Source of the DNA: Intoshia linei
Taxonomy: Eukaryota > Animalia > Orthonectida
DNA: 53,215 nt
NCBI GenBank assembly: GCA_001642005.1
Contig: LWCA01000110.1
Span: 1-53,215, forward strand
Direction: 5' to 3'
This document shows, one piece after another, positions 1-11,412 of the stretch (positions are counted from its first letter, which is position 1; each line of letters begins with the position of its first letter). Made by a program: the position numbers and the translations under genes. The notes beneath the pieces were generated by a model, which had not been told where the DNA came from, did not search any database, and saw nothing but the letters and a program-made list of their open reading frames with translations.

Positions 1-895
1 ATGTATCAATATTATGTGTGTTTTGAAACACTTTTTCAACAATCTAAAATAAATGAATTTTTTTCTAATTAAATTTATAAATTAGAATCTAGATTCGTGT
101 TATTTCATAAATTAAGTTTCTTTTTGTTTTTAAAATTAATAAAAGTCTATACAATTTTTGATGCTTCTATATTATATATTAATCAATATTTTGTATTTTT
201 CCCGGGAAATTACAATCACTAACTATAATCTGAAAAAGGGAAACAAAATAACTATATATTTAAATTTAAAATTTTGTAACACTTGTAAACTGATCAGTAA
301 TCACTTATTGTTATTACTTACAACAATTTATTTTAATTTAATTTGTTAATTTATAAAGGTTAGAATCTTAACACTTGAAAATGCTTTAAACTGTTTAAAA
401 ATTTTTTCATAAAGATTTCTTGTGTGATTTTTTAAAAAAAAAAAATTAGCACATCAAACAAATTTATATATAATTTAACACAAAAGCCCATGAAAATGGA
501 GATTATACGAATATCCTAAATGATAAATATTTGAAAAAATCGAGAAATTTTAATCATAAAAGTATCTCTTTCAATGCTCATTATGTAAAATTCTCAATTT
601 TAATTAAACGCTCATTTATCAAAGATCATAAACAATGAAATGATTTATATAATATTACATTACACAAAGTATTAACACAACTATAGTAAGACAATGCACA
701 TTAAATATTAATTATAATTTTATAGACTAAGTAACAATTTGACAAAGTAACGTAATCTAATGTGATTCAATGTATCCGTTGTTAAATTTTTAAATTGATT
801 ACAGTTGTTTAAAGTAAAAAATGAAACATTCCGTCAGAAATTAATAGTTTTGTAGTTATTAGTAAGTGATATATGAAATTGTATATAAAAATTAC

Positions 896-1407
896 TTGAT
901 CGTAAAAGATTGCTCCAAGTGTGGCAGCAAATATTTGGATAATGATTAGGATAACAACGCTGATGGTATACTAAATAAAAGTTTAAAGAGTGGCAAAATT
1001 TTCAGAATAAATTAATACAGTAAAATAAGTTACGAGTGATATAAAACATTTGCTTTCCTTCCAAGCACCTAAATAAAGGTTGAAATAAATGATGAGATTA
1101 AGCATTACCACAACAGGCTAAAAAGGAAATTAAGGTAAAACAAACCGATACTACTATAAGTATACAACTGAAAGTGTAGATAACGGAATTGTTTTGATCA
1201 ACTTGTATAAGATTAAGGTATTTAATCATATTTTTATCGATTCGAAACCAAATTATAGTGCCCAGTGCTCCAATGCCACAAATCTTAATTGAAACAAATG
1301 TAACTTTTAAATATTAAAAATTTTCATGAATATACCAGAAATATAGCATTGATAATAATGACCAATAATTTGCAAAAATTACAGACCTTATAAACACATG
1401 AACTCAT
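896..1407 (-). CDS. Tetraspanin family protein, 5' part (TM1-TM3, 4 exons); the large extracellular loop and TM4 were not located and probably lie left of the window
   Basis: Spliced translation MSSCVYKVCNFCKLLVIIINAIFL|ICGIGALGTIIWFRIDK...CILIVVSVCFTLISFLACC|GAWKESKCFISL|YTISVVILIIIQIFAATLGAIFYDQ|. It has the TM1 Asn, the 'FLxCCGAxKESKC' tetraspanin signature and the TM3 Gln; introns are GT-AG. Confidence 0.88.
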
Positions 1408-1876
1408 GATTGCAACATTTTCTTGAATAAACAATTTTAATATTCAAAATTAATTCGTTTTGAGTTAATAAAGTAAGTGTATAATGTAACAATGAAATGA
1501 ATACATTATAATCAACTTGTATGTAGTCAACCTAATAAACAGTGTATAATTTCTGGGTACTGACGTTTTTAATCTATAAATATACCTTTATGCTCGATTC
1601 GATTTACACAAAGAGTAATCAAATCTACACATGTACTCATGGGTGAAATTAATGGATAAAGTCTCGGTAGATATGTGGACATAAATTTAAAAATCATAAA
1701 TTCATCGCAACAAATATTAAACATTTATCAACATGTAACCATAATTCATGTTTAGTACCGTATATATTTGAAAAATAGGACAGTGTATATTTATTATATT
1801 TAAATTAACAAATATCACAATTAAACATTAACAATAACAATCAATTAGCTATTTAAACATTTTCTATTTTACAGTA

Positions 1877-4800
1877 TCAGTACTCACTTTCATTTTTTAT
1901 TTTTTGTTTGTTGGCCAGGTCTTTCAAGGTGGTTTCATGTTCTTGCATGTCGCTTTTAATTATTCCTATACTACCTTCATAGTTTTGTTTTGTCCATTTT
2001 AAAAATTTGCCAAGTTTTTTCTTTTTCAAATCTTTTTCAAGGTGAGCAATGTTTTTTGTTTTGAATAGACAGACGGCGGAAGTGGAAAAATTCATTTCCA
2101 TGTTATTTTCAGTTGATGAGTCATTATTGGTGGTAGACATGCATGGATCTGTCGATAATCGAGGTGGTAATCTGTTGGATTCACTGCTGATTGAATTATC
2201 ACTGACTCCATTTAAAACACTTGTTGCTCTAATGGGTTTATAATCTAGAGTAAATTTAAATTATATCATTTTTCATATTACTAGGTTCACTTCTTTCAAT
2301 AATTTCTTTGGTTGAGGTTTGTGGAATTTCTAAGTATTCTGATTTTATAGTTTCGTCTAATTTTTTTAATGTATATATAGATTTTTTTAATTAATCAATA
2401 CCGTTGATGAATAGTTTAAAGTCGGATAATATTGATAGAACTTCTAAAATATTAATTGTAAGTAAATAAAAAATTTATCGCATAAATAAGATTTTACAAT
2501 ATGGTGACTGGTTAAATTAAGGTTTGTGGAAAAATTTAAATTTTTCTTTAAATGGTAAGTTTGTTGACAACTGTTATGAATATAGTCAAAATATGTCGTT
2601 TAGAATATCAAAATTATTCTATTTGCACTTTTTTAATAGCAATATGGCATATACAGTAATATAGGTAATGAGCGCCGTTTAATCTGTTGTAGAATAATGT
2701 GAATATTTTTGATTTTGGTTCAAAAAAAGCACCGTATTTGTCTTATTTATGTTCATATTTTTCAATTCTGTTTTTACTATGAAAAAGTTGGGAAATTAGA
2801 AAAATAAAAATAATAGTGTTCGATACAAACAAGAAATTTCAAAATTCATTGAAATTAAAAAAACAAAAAATAAAAATATGCAAAAAAATTAACACAAAAT
2901 CGATTGGATTTTATACAAATCTAATAAAATTAATACTGCACTGTTTATACTTAACTAGCTTGACTTTTATGTACTACGTACAAACAGCACCTAACTCTGC
3001 CGAGGGTACATTTTTATAAAAAAATAATAAAAAAATAAATTCATGTTAAAAATCTAACTTAAAAATCCCACTATTCACTATTATCAATCCTTTAAAGGAG
3101 TGGTTCCCAAATTTGTTTCAGGTGGAACCATCATATCACATTACTTTTTACTTTAAAATCAATTATTCCATCTTAATTTTTTGTTTGTTAACATTTGCGT
3201 AATGAATTTTAAAAATTGTTATCCCATTTTTTTAATTTATTAGACAGAATGTGTGTATAATATTTAAAAATAAAGTAAAAACAGTCCAATCCTAAAAATT
3301 GTCATAAATAGCATAAATTCCAAAAAAATAAAATTAGTCCAATACTAAAAATTGTCATAAAGGTGTGAGTTTTGGAAATTGAAATTTATATTATTATATG
3401 TAAAAATTGTCATAAATTGCATTCTAAGACTGGTAGTTATTGAAATAAACGGTAACACACAAACAAAAATAGCGTAGCATATTATATAAGTTAAGATAAA
3501 TTACCACTATCTATAGTAGAAGAATCATTCATCACATCAATATATTTCATTTGTTCTTTTGGAGATACATCTTCTTCCGGTGGCATGGTATGGAATTTTC
3601 CATAATCTACGCCCCTGACTTTGGATTTTTGTGTTTTTTGGTCTTTGCATTGTATATAATCACCAACGTTGGTTGTTATAAATGAGCGTCGCAAAGTACT
3701 AAAATTTTTTTAAGATACCACACACATGCGTAATATAATAAAATACAAACCGACAACGTTTTAGATCAGGATGTCAATTATGCGACCTTCAATTGTGGAA
3801 TGTGCGCGTTATAATATAAATTTTTATTTTTATAAAAATTTTATACGTATATTTCTTTTTTTACAGTTTTTTCATAATTACAATTTTAACATAACATTTT
3901 GAGTAAAGATTATTTTGTGCGGCCTGCGTAATAACTTTTTTTCACATTTGGCCCGCCAATCAAATTGAGCCTGACACCCCTGTTTTAGACGACCATTCTC
4001 AATGAAGTCCACATCAATTTTTTTTAGATCCATCAAAAATTTTATAGTTACATTATTTACAGAAATAAAAAAATGATATTTCAGCAATAATAGCAATTTT
4101 TTATAATTAACGCAATTTAATATCTATTTTCCATAATACCACATTTTAATCACATCTTAGATACTCAATATAAAAGTAAAAACAATAATACCCATTTTCT
4201 CCCAATGCATTGAATGTGATTATATGTTCACATATAAAGGAAATATTTAAAGGTGAATAACGTTGATATTACGCAATTTAAATAATAACGTATAAAATGT
4301 TTAGAATCGTGTAGGCTTTCAATGTATTTTTCATGGTTATGAGATTTTTAATTTAGTCTCTTACCGTCTACAGCAGAGATGTAAGACTCAATTTGCTTGG
4401 CGGGCCAAATGTGAAAACAAGTTATTACGCGGGCCGCACATAAAAATCTTTACTTAAAAAATTATGTTAAAACTAACAAATTTAATTAATTTATAATAAT
4501 TTTAATTCATAAAATGAAATATGAAAAAACGAAAATGGAATAAATGTAAAAATTGTAATAATGAATAAATAAATCATGAAAAATATATGAAAAAACTGTA
4601 AAATAAGAATTATATGTATTAAAATTGTTATAAAAAATACAAATTTATATTATAACGCGGGCCGTACGTTCCATAATTGGGGAGCAAATGGCCCGTGGGC
4701 CGCATAATTGACACCCATAATCTCACCAATAAAATGTGTAAAAATGTACGACCGGTTCAATGTTTTTATGAATCTATAATATTAAAAGTGTTACCCTGGC

Positions 4801-6160
4801 CAAGTAATTATGCGGATATGAATCCAATCGAAAACGTTTGGAAAATATTGAAAGATGAAGTGCATGAAGTAAAAAATTCTTCAAAAAAAATTGATATTGA
4901 ATTGATACTTGTATCAATTCATCATTAACCTATCTTTGAAAACCATTTTTTTAAACTTTAATATAAGGTACTACATTTTATGGGTCCAGAGCTAAAAAAT
5001 CGAGAAACGATGACATATACAAGAATGTCTCTACTGGACTATGACCCGGTCCGTGAAATACCAGTACTCAATGAGTACTACTCATGTGACTCTATGATAG
5101 AGTAATAAATAATTTAACTCCAAAACGAAAATAACCCATTTCAAAAAATACTTTAAGCATACCCATTACGCTTTTTTGACTTAAGAACACCTCACTTTTA
5201 GAAAACCTTACAAACCTCAAAGAAATCTACAATTAACCATTTCAAATAATTATATTTAAAAGGGATAGCATCTATTATACTATAATGAAAAAATCATACA
5301 ACAATATTGTATTATGCATATCTTGAGCGGTGTTACAAGAATCAGTCTTCATGCATATTTCACCACTACCCATAGTAGAAGCATTTCCGGTTGTAACAAG
5401 AAAATAGCATTCAAAATGACCAAGTTTTCGAACATTTGATAGCTAATTTGATAATAGATTTTTTAAAGAATGATAAATCCAATTACCTCTAAAATAATAC
5501 TTGGAGATTTAGATTGAAATGTTGCCATGAAAATAATATTTGCTGCAGTGAGTCCTAGCCGATAATCTCCATGTTCAACAGTGCTTTTTTTATCATTTTT
5601 AATTAATTTTAACATGATTGGTGCAGGTAAGGTGACCGTTTTCATTTTTTTGTATTCGCCAGTAGATATAATTTTATTGACGACTTCCACCTGCCACATG
5701 TTGATAAATGTTGAACTGAGGAGTATTTTTTCGCCTTTACATTGTAAACGAACTTTTCGTAACAAATGAAGCCATTTTTCAGCTTCATTGTTATCAGCAC
5801 ATATAAACTAAGAATATTAAATTATAAAAATAAAAAAAAAAATTACCGCCATAATATTTTGACTTATTGTAAAAATCGCTATAGTGTGTACGTGACCGAC
5901 TAATGTGTCAATGGATATACACTCATCAATAAGATTAAGAGTATGGCTAGGTTTTCGTTTATTCATAAAAAGTTTTTCATTTTTATAACAAGATAACTCT
6001 GCAATTTTTTCGTAAGCAGTTTCTTTTATTGTTAAAGCATAGAAGCGCCTTTTTTTTGTCTATTTTAAATAAATTAAAAAAATTTATATTATGAGAATAA
6101 ATAATAATATACCTTCAATTTTTTTAGCCATCCAGTGATGACGACGTCTTCGACAGTCAT
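1877..6160 (-). CDS. Insulin receptor substrate (IRS/chico)-like adaptor: PH domain, IRS-type PTB domain and a short tail; multi-exon
   Basis: ATG at 6160: MTVEDVVITGWLKKLK|TKKRRFYAL...NEAEKWLHLL (IRS-type PH). Then FINMWQVEVVNK...GDYRLGLT...ILE|LSNVRKLGHFECYFLVTTGNASTMGSGEICMKTDSCNTAQDMHNNI, which matches the IRS PTB pattern. Downstream exons near 3505-3699, 2402-2443, 2282-2356 and 1877-2243 join in phase with each other. The junction from the PTB exon to the 3699 exon is not resolved. Confidence 0.8.
2955..3496 (-). mobile_element. Non-autonomous Helitron (short or internally rearranged copy) in an IRS intron
   Basis: The minus strand starts A^TCTTAACTTATATAATATGC...GTTTGTGTG and ends with the hairpin GCTGTTTGTAC-GTA-GTACATAAAAG followed by CTAG^T. 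Both ends match the copy at 49485-50602. Confidence 0.75.
3767..3982 (-). mobile_element. hAT-type MITE, family A
   Basis: Termini CAGGATGTCA / TGACACCCCTG; 8-bp TSD TTTTAGAT (3759-3766) / TTTTAGAC (3983-3990); homologous to 4374-4719 and 43786-44008. Confidence 0.85.
4374..4719 (+). mobile_element. hAT-type MITE, family A, inverted relative to 3767-3982
   Basis: Shares GACTCAATTTGCTTGGCGGGCCAAATGTGAAAA...CGCGGGCCGCACA and the 3' end GCATAATTGACACCC. The termini are degenerate and there is no clean TSD. Confidence 0.75.
4780..4875 (+). pseudogene. Tc1/mariner DDE transposase fragment
   Basis: KVLPWPSNYADMNPIENVWKILKDEV matches the Tc1 motif WPxxSPDLNPIENxW. Confidence 0.8.
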
Positions 6161-7404
6161 GGGTACAGTGAAATTTAGGTAACGATTTTGATGAACATTT
6201 AAAATTCAAAAATAAAAGTAAAGACACAATATAGTTAATTGTATATAATTTATAATCATTTAAATCAATAAGTTGGAATTCTATAAAGGTAACTATAACA
6301 ATATTTGATAAATGGTTAAAATTTATGAAAATACAATTGTAGAATCGCAATTTGCAAATATATCACATTTTATAATCAAATAAAGTTTTTCAGTCGAATG
6401 TTTACTTTTATTGTAGTCATTTTCGTAAATCGGTATATCACATAATAATGATGGAATTGTTTTAAATTTCTATACACCTCCATTATCTTTGATTTATTTA
6501 GGTCAATGATCTCTATTTATTTTTAGTTTCAATTTACAGTGTTTAGTTTCGTCTTTAATTGTCTGCTGACGTGATAGAATAGTAAAATGTACGATTTTGT
6601 ACAATGTAGTGAATACAATAATTTGTAATAAGATGTTTATTGTAATGTATGCCATTTAAAAAATGTATTAACTGGTCAATATTAACTTTTATTAGATTTG
6701 CATTTGCGTTGATCATATTTTTAATTGTAGTACTTAAATGTTATTATTAAATTCTTTTATGTATTTATTAATTTCAAACAATGTTATTACATTTACAATT
6801 TTACAAAATTGATGTACAATATAGGTTTGCGACACGGTTCCAATCACCCACTTTAAAAGTTCTTCAATAATTTACCATCAAAAAAAGTTAATTTAATTTT
6901 TATGTTGATTTTTTCAAATTTCTAACCCTTACATTCTTTACTTATACAAAACTAATTTAGTTAAAAGTGTAGTTTATTTATTTATTTGTCTGTTCTAGTA
7001 TATTTAAGAAAATAAGAGTAGTCGATTTTCAAAATTTTCAATTATATTACTGTTTTTCGAGAGTGATGTTTTATCGCAAATTTCATTTTCATAAATTCAG
7101 TCCTTCAAGGTACAAACCCCAAATATCCTTTTTTTAAAATTCATTTATTATCATTCAATTTAGGAATATAACAAATACAGAATCTGATCAAGATTTTAAA
7201 ATCATAAACATTATCATAGAATTCAAACTAAACAAAGTTCATTTTCACAATCAAAACCCAGATTTATTATTATTTATATTACTTTATTAAAAAATTTAAT
7301 TTAAAAATATCCAGTTAACACTGACATAAAATTTCAATCTGATAAAGTGACGCATTCATGATCAAAAAAGCATTTTGGTATTCATTTTTTTTATTGGAAA
7401 CATA

Positions 7405-8310
7405 TCCTTACTTATTTAATATGCTTTGTTTGTCTGTGTGTGTTATGGTTTATTTCAATAATTACCAGTCTTAGAATTTTATAAAATCCACATTTCTATT
7501 CCATTTTTTTCTGAGGGTGTTAGTAAGATAAATTTCAACCTTCGAAACTAACATCTTACGGGTTAAAAAGCCAAATTGTCATTTTTTTTCAAAATAAAAC
7601 GAGTTTGAGAATTTAAAAAAATATACACTCTTATACGGATATTAAAATCATAAATATTATCATAAATTTAAATTTATAAAAAAATTTCTTAAGGGCCAAA
7701 ACCTCAAATTACTTTTTTTTTTTTAATAAAAACAGCCCTAGAATTTAAAAAAAATTTCAGGTGGTACAGTTGTATCCTGTTAACATACAGAAAAATTTTT
7801 AATCTGAACAAGTGACACCTTCACGACCAAAAATAGTATTTTAGTATTCATATATTTTAAAATAATAACAAAAAATGTGAAATAATTAACTGTCCGAAAA
7901 TTAAAAAAAAAAATAATTCTGATAAAGCTTATTCCAGTTGATATAAATAAAAAATTTCAACCCCAGAAATCTACGCATTCATGATGAATAATAATTTTCA
8001 ATATATTATCAACCAATATTTTTCAAATATTTCGATTAAAATATACATTGAAAATGTAAATATTTATCTTACAATTTCAAAAAAAAATGTGCATTGAACG
8101 TTTAAACATTTCCAATAAAGAAATATGCGTGAAAATCTATATAATTTATTCCTACGCAAATTTTTTTATTGCTTCGTAATTTTTAAATTTTCATTTTCAA
8201 AACATTGTGTATAAAATTTGCATTAAAAGTAATATACTTTGTTATTATTATTTTTATATTTATTACATTCCTTTACAATATTGGTAAAATTCGCTTGATA
8301 TATGTTTATA
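7405..8310 (+). mobile_element. Helitron family copy, 3'-truncated; a further internal fragment lies at about 8485-8610
   Basis: Starts A^TCCTTACTTATTTAATATGCTTTGTTTGTCTGTGTG and is colinear with 49485-50390 for about 900 bp (for example ACCAGTCTTAGAATTTTATAAA and GGTGGTACAGTTGTATC). Confidence 0.8.
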
Positions 8311-8899
8311 AAGTGATATTATTATTTTTTCACTTTAGGGGTGTACTTTACGGGAACCAAGTTGGTACTATAACTGTGAAATATGTTGGGAACCGCTGAA
8401 TTATAACGATAAATAAATATACAATTAGTAATTGAGATAACTAGAAAACTGTTCGACAAAATTTTTGGTAGATTTTTAAAATGTTGGATTAAAATTAAAA
8501 AATAAATATTAATCCTACAATTTCAAAAAAAATGTGCATTGAATGTCTACACATTTCCAATAAAGACATATGGGTGACAATCTATATAATTCATTTCTTC
8601 GCAATTTTTCAATCTCAAATTCTTCAAGAATCTCTGCCTGAAATTATCTGGTCTATATATTAATTTGTAACTATAGTTAATTGTAGTTGTAGTTAATTGT
8701 AACATCAAGTTGATTAAACGCAGTAAATAAAGTACAAAATATATATTATCTAATTTATTTAAAATTTAAATTAATTTATCTGGCATGTTGAATGTAAATG
8801 ATTCCTATAGTACGTACACTGAAGCCTACAACACCATAACTAACTTTTTCTGAGAGAATTACCATCCTGTATATATATGCTCTAAATTAACCGTACAAA

Positions 8900-9330
8900 A
8901 CAAAAACAAAGGTATAAAACAAGAGAGAAATAAAATTAAGGATTTGCCAAATAATTCTGTTCAGTATAATAAACAATTAATAGTTTGTAAAGTTATTTAA
9001 AATATGTATAGATGGATTTGTAAGCATTCTACTCATTACAGAAAACGCACTAATAATATACGAAAAAACCAAAAATACTTTGATACTTCAATCCTGTCAA
9101 TTTTCACTATATTTGGTATACAATTTAAAAGCATATACTATTCAAAATTTAAACATTCTCATGAAATAAGCAAGCAATTATATGAAAAGTTCAACAGATT
9201 ATCTCACCTTAATGATAATACATATAATGAAATGGTTGAATATAGGTAGAAATCCTACTATTATTTTGAATAAACTCAATTCTAACATAAAACGTAAAGA
9301 TATTTACAGTCTAAAGTCGAAAATAAATCG
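8900..9330 (+). pseudogene. Possible degenerate MULE/ZSWIM3-like transposase N-terminal remnant
   Basis: Broken frames give ICKHSTHYRKRTNNIRKNQKY..., HSHEISKQLYEKFNRL and KRKDIYSLKSK, which resemble FAR1/ZSWIM3-type CxH...HxH and KDIxNxK motifs. Stops and frameshifts are present. Confidence 0.4.
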
Positions 9331-9619
9331 TAGAGGTAAAATTAGTTGTTAATATCTTAATAATCGAAAATTTAATAGAGTATGATAGATGAATTAAAAA
9401 CTATTATTAAACAAGAACATAATTATTTACAAGATAATACATGTAGCCATGAGGGTATCGATTTAGGTTTCTTTTAGTTTATATAATGTAATAAACAGAT
9501 TTAGAATCTGTTCAATTGAACAGTGAAGGTAGATGTGATAAAATTAACATAATAGGCAGAAAATGCTAGAGATATGGAAGATGCAGAATATAAAAAATAA
9601 ATTTCTAAATAATTTGTTT

Positions 9620-10257
9620 TCGTTACATAAAGATTTTCCAAGTTGTCTCAAGTATAATTTCCTCGGCATATATACATTTCCCGATTTATAAATAATGTAA
9701 CTGTTTACAGCCAAAATATTCAATAAACCCTAAAACAAACAATGAGGCCATCTTCTAGTTTCAAAAAATTTCCAAATTTCAAAAATTTTTTTCTTGGAGC
9801 TGTAGAAAATCTATTTGGGTAGATTTTATTCGTATTCCAAATACTCACACCATCTTTGCCAGTCATGGATATATCAGGTTCAGGTGCATCACTCTCAGAT
9901 TCTGTTAAACTTTCATTCAAATAACCACTATTGAATTCTGATCCACTAGAAGTATTAAAATCTTCTTCAATGTCTTCGTTCATAATCATAATATAAATCA
10001 GCGAACAAAAATAAAAATTGTAAATTTTTAGTATTTAATAATCAAATTAAAAAAAACTTTAGCGTTAATAATATTTATTTGTAACTTACAGTAATATTAT
10101 ACATATAATTGTCATGTATTATATTTAAGCTCAATTTAAATCTTATAAATAATGTGAAATTTTAATTATTTATTATAGCTTATGTCAAAATATAATATGT
10201 TAATTTATTTTCATTCATAAAAAACGGACAAAAATGTCCTCTGCGAGTAGTAAAGGG
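9620..10257 (-). mobile_element. piggyBac element remnant (one terminus and decayed transposase N-terminus)
   Basis: The minus strand reads TTAA|CCCTTTACTACTCGC (TTAA at 10258-10261). It is followed by acidic ORF 9720-9989 containing GKDGVSIW, similar to the GKDGxxW motif common in piggyBac transposase N-termini. Confidence 0.65.
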
Positions 10258-10513
10258 TTAAAACTAAATGTACAATTTTGTGGGCCGCACCATAAAAAAT
10301 ATAGCCAAAAGGCAAGTATAAATATTTTTCGTCTGGAATCCAAACTCTGGGAGCACGTCAAAAAATTAGAAATGGTCTATTAGTGTTATTTAAAATTTGA
10401 GTGATAATTAAAATGTTTAATAATCTATAGAAATAAAATATGATTGTAAGTATAAAGTTATTTTCTATCAAATTTTACTACAATTTATGATTAAAAATTG
10501 AAAATATATATAA

Positions 10514-11314
10514 ATGGTAAAATCTAAATTAATTTTTCAATTATTTGACCTTATAAATTATACCGCCAATGTTCCCAAAATAAAACATTTGATAACTACA
10601 ACTTTTAAAAAAAGTGACATCAATTTCACATACAGTCATGTAGTAAAGAATGGGGACAATAAAAAAAACTTGAGACCGTTAGATATATTAGAAAATATTT
10701 ATTATTTATATTTACATTTATTTCATTTTTATAATTTAGCTACCTTTATCCCTTCTAAGAGGTGCTATCAATCATCCATTGGTATATTTTTATTTCATGT
10801 GACCCGAGCGTAATTTGGAGATTTGAAATTGAGGAACCACCTCTAATTTCATTACAATTTAATTTTTTTTGAAATTAAAATATTTTGTAATTAATTTTTA
10901 CATTTTTAATTAAATATTTAGTTGGTGGAACTCAAAAATGGAGAAACATACAATGGTATCAAATATTTTCAGATTCTGTATAAATTATAATTAAGGACAC
11001 TTGAAAAATTGTGATAATTGGATGAATATTCATTTATGTGAAGTTATATGCACGTCAAAGGTTTCTAATAACTGATAAAATATTGACAACTTATTATAGG
11101 ACGGTACAAAATTTACAAAAATGCCAGAGTGTTATATCAGAGGAAATACAATAAAATATTTCATTTTGGTTGACGAGGTTCTTCAATCTATGAGAGATGA
11201 AACAAGATTGGAAAAAAAGGCTCATTCTTTACCAAGTAACTATTTAAATTATTTTTGTATATATTTTTAGAAAAGCCAGCTGGAATGAAAATTGGATCCA
11301 AAAAGAAAAATTAA
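10514..11314 (+). CDS. LSM4: U6 snRNA-associated Sm-like protein LSm4 (6 coding exons)
   Basis: M|LPLSLLRGAINHPL|LVELKNGETYN|GHLKNCDNWMNIHLCEVICTSK|DGTKFTKMPECYIRGNTIKYFILVDEVLQSMRDE...|...GSKKKN*. Confidence 0.95.
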
Positions 11315-11412
11315 GGTGTATTTAAACATTTTTTTAATCCGTGTAAATTATTTCAGATACCTAAATAAATGATTAATAATATTCGTTGATTTTTGTGTAA
11401 ATTTTTTCAAAA

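Noticed and set aside
1-895. Tetraspanin truncated after TM3
   Set aside because: A splice donor follows the TM3 exon and the window ends, so the remaining exons are probably outside it.
3878-4096. ORFs 3878-4096, 43648-43908 and 43661-43882 sharing CQxQFxWxAKCEKK
   Set aside because: The shared peptide comes from translating MITE family A and is not a protein family.
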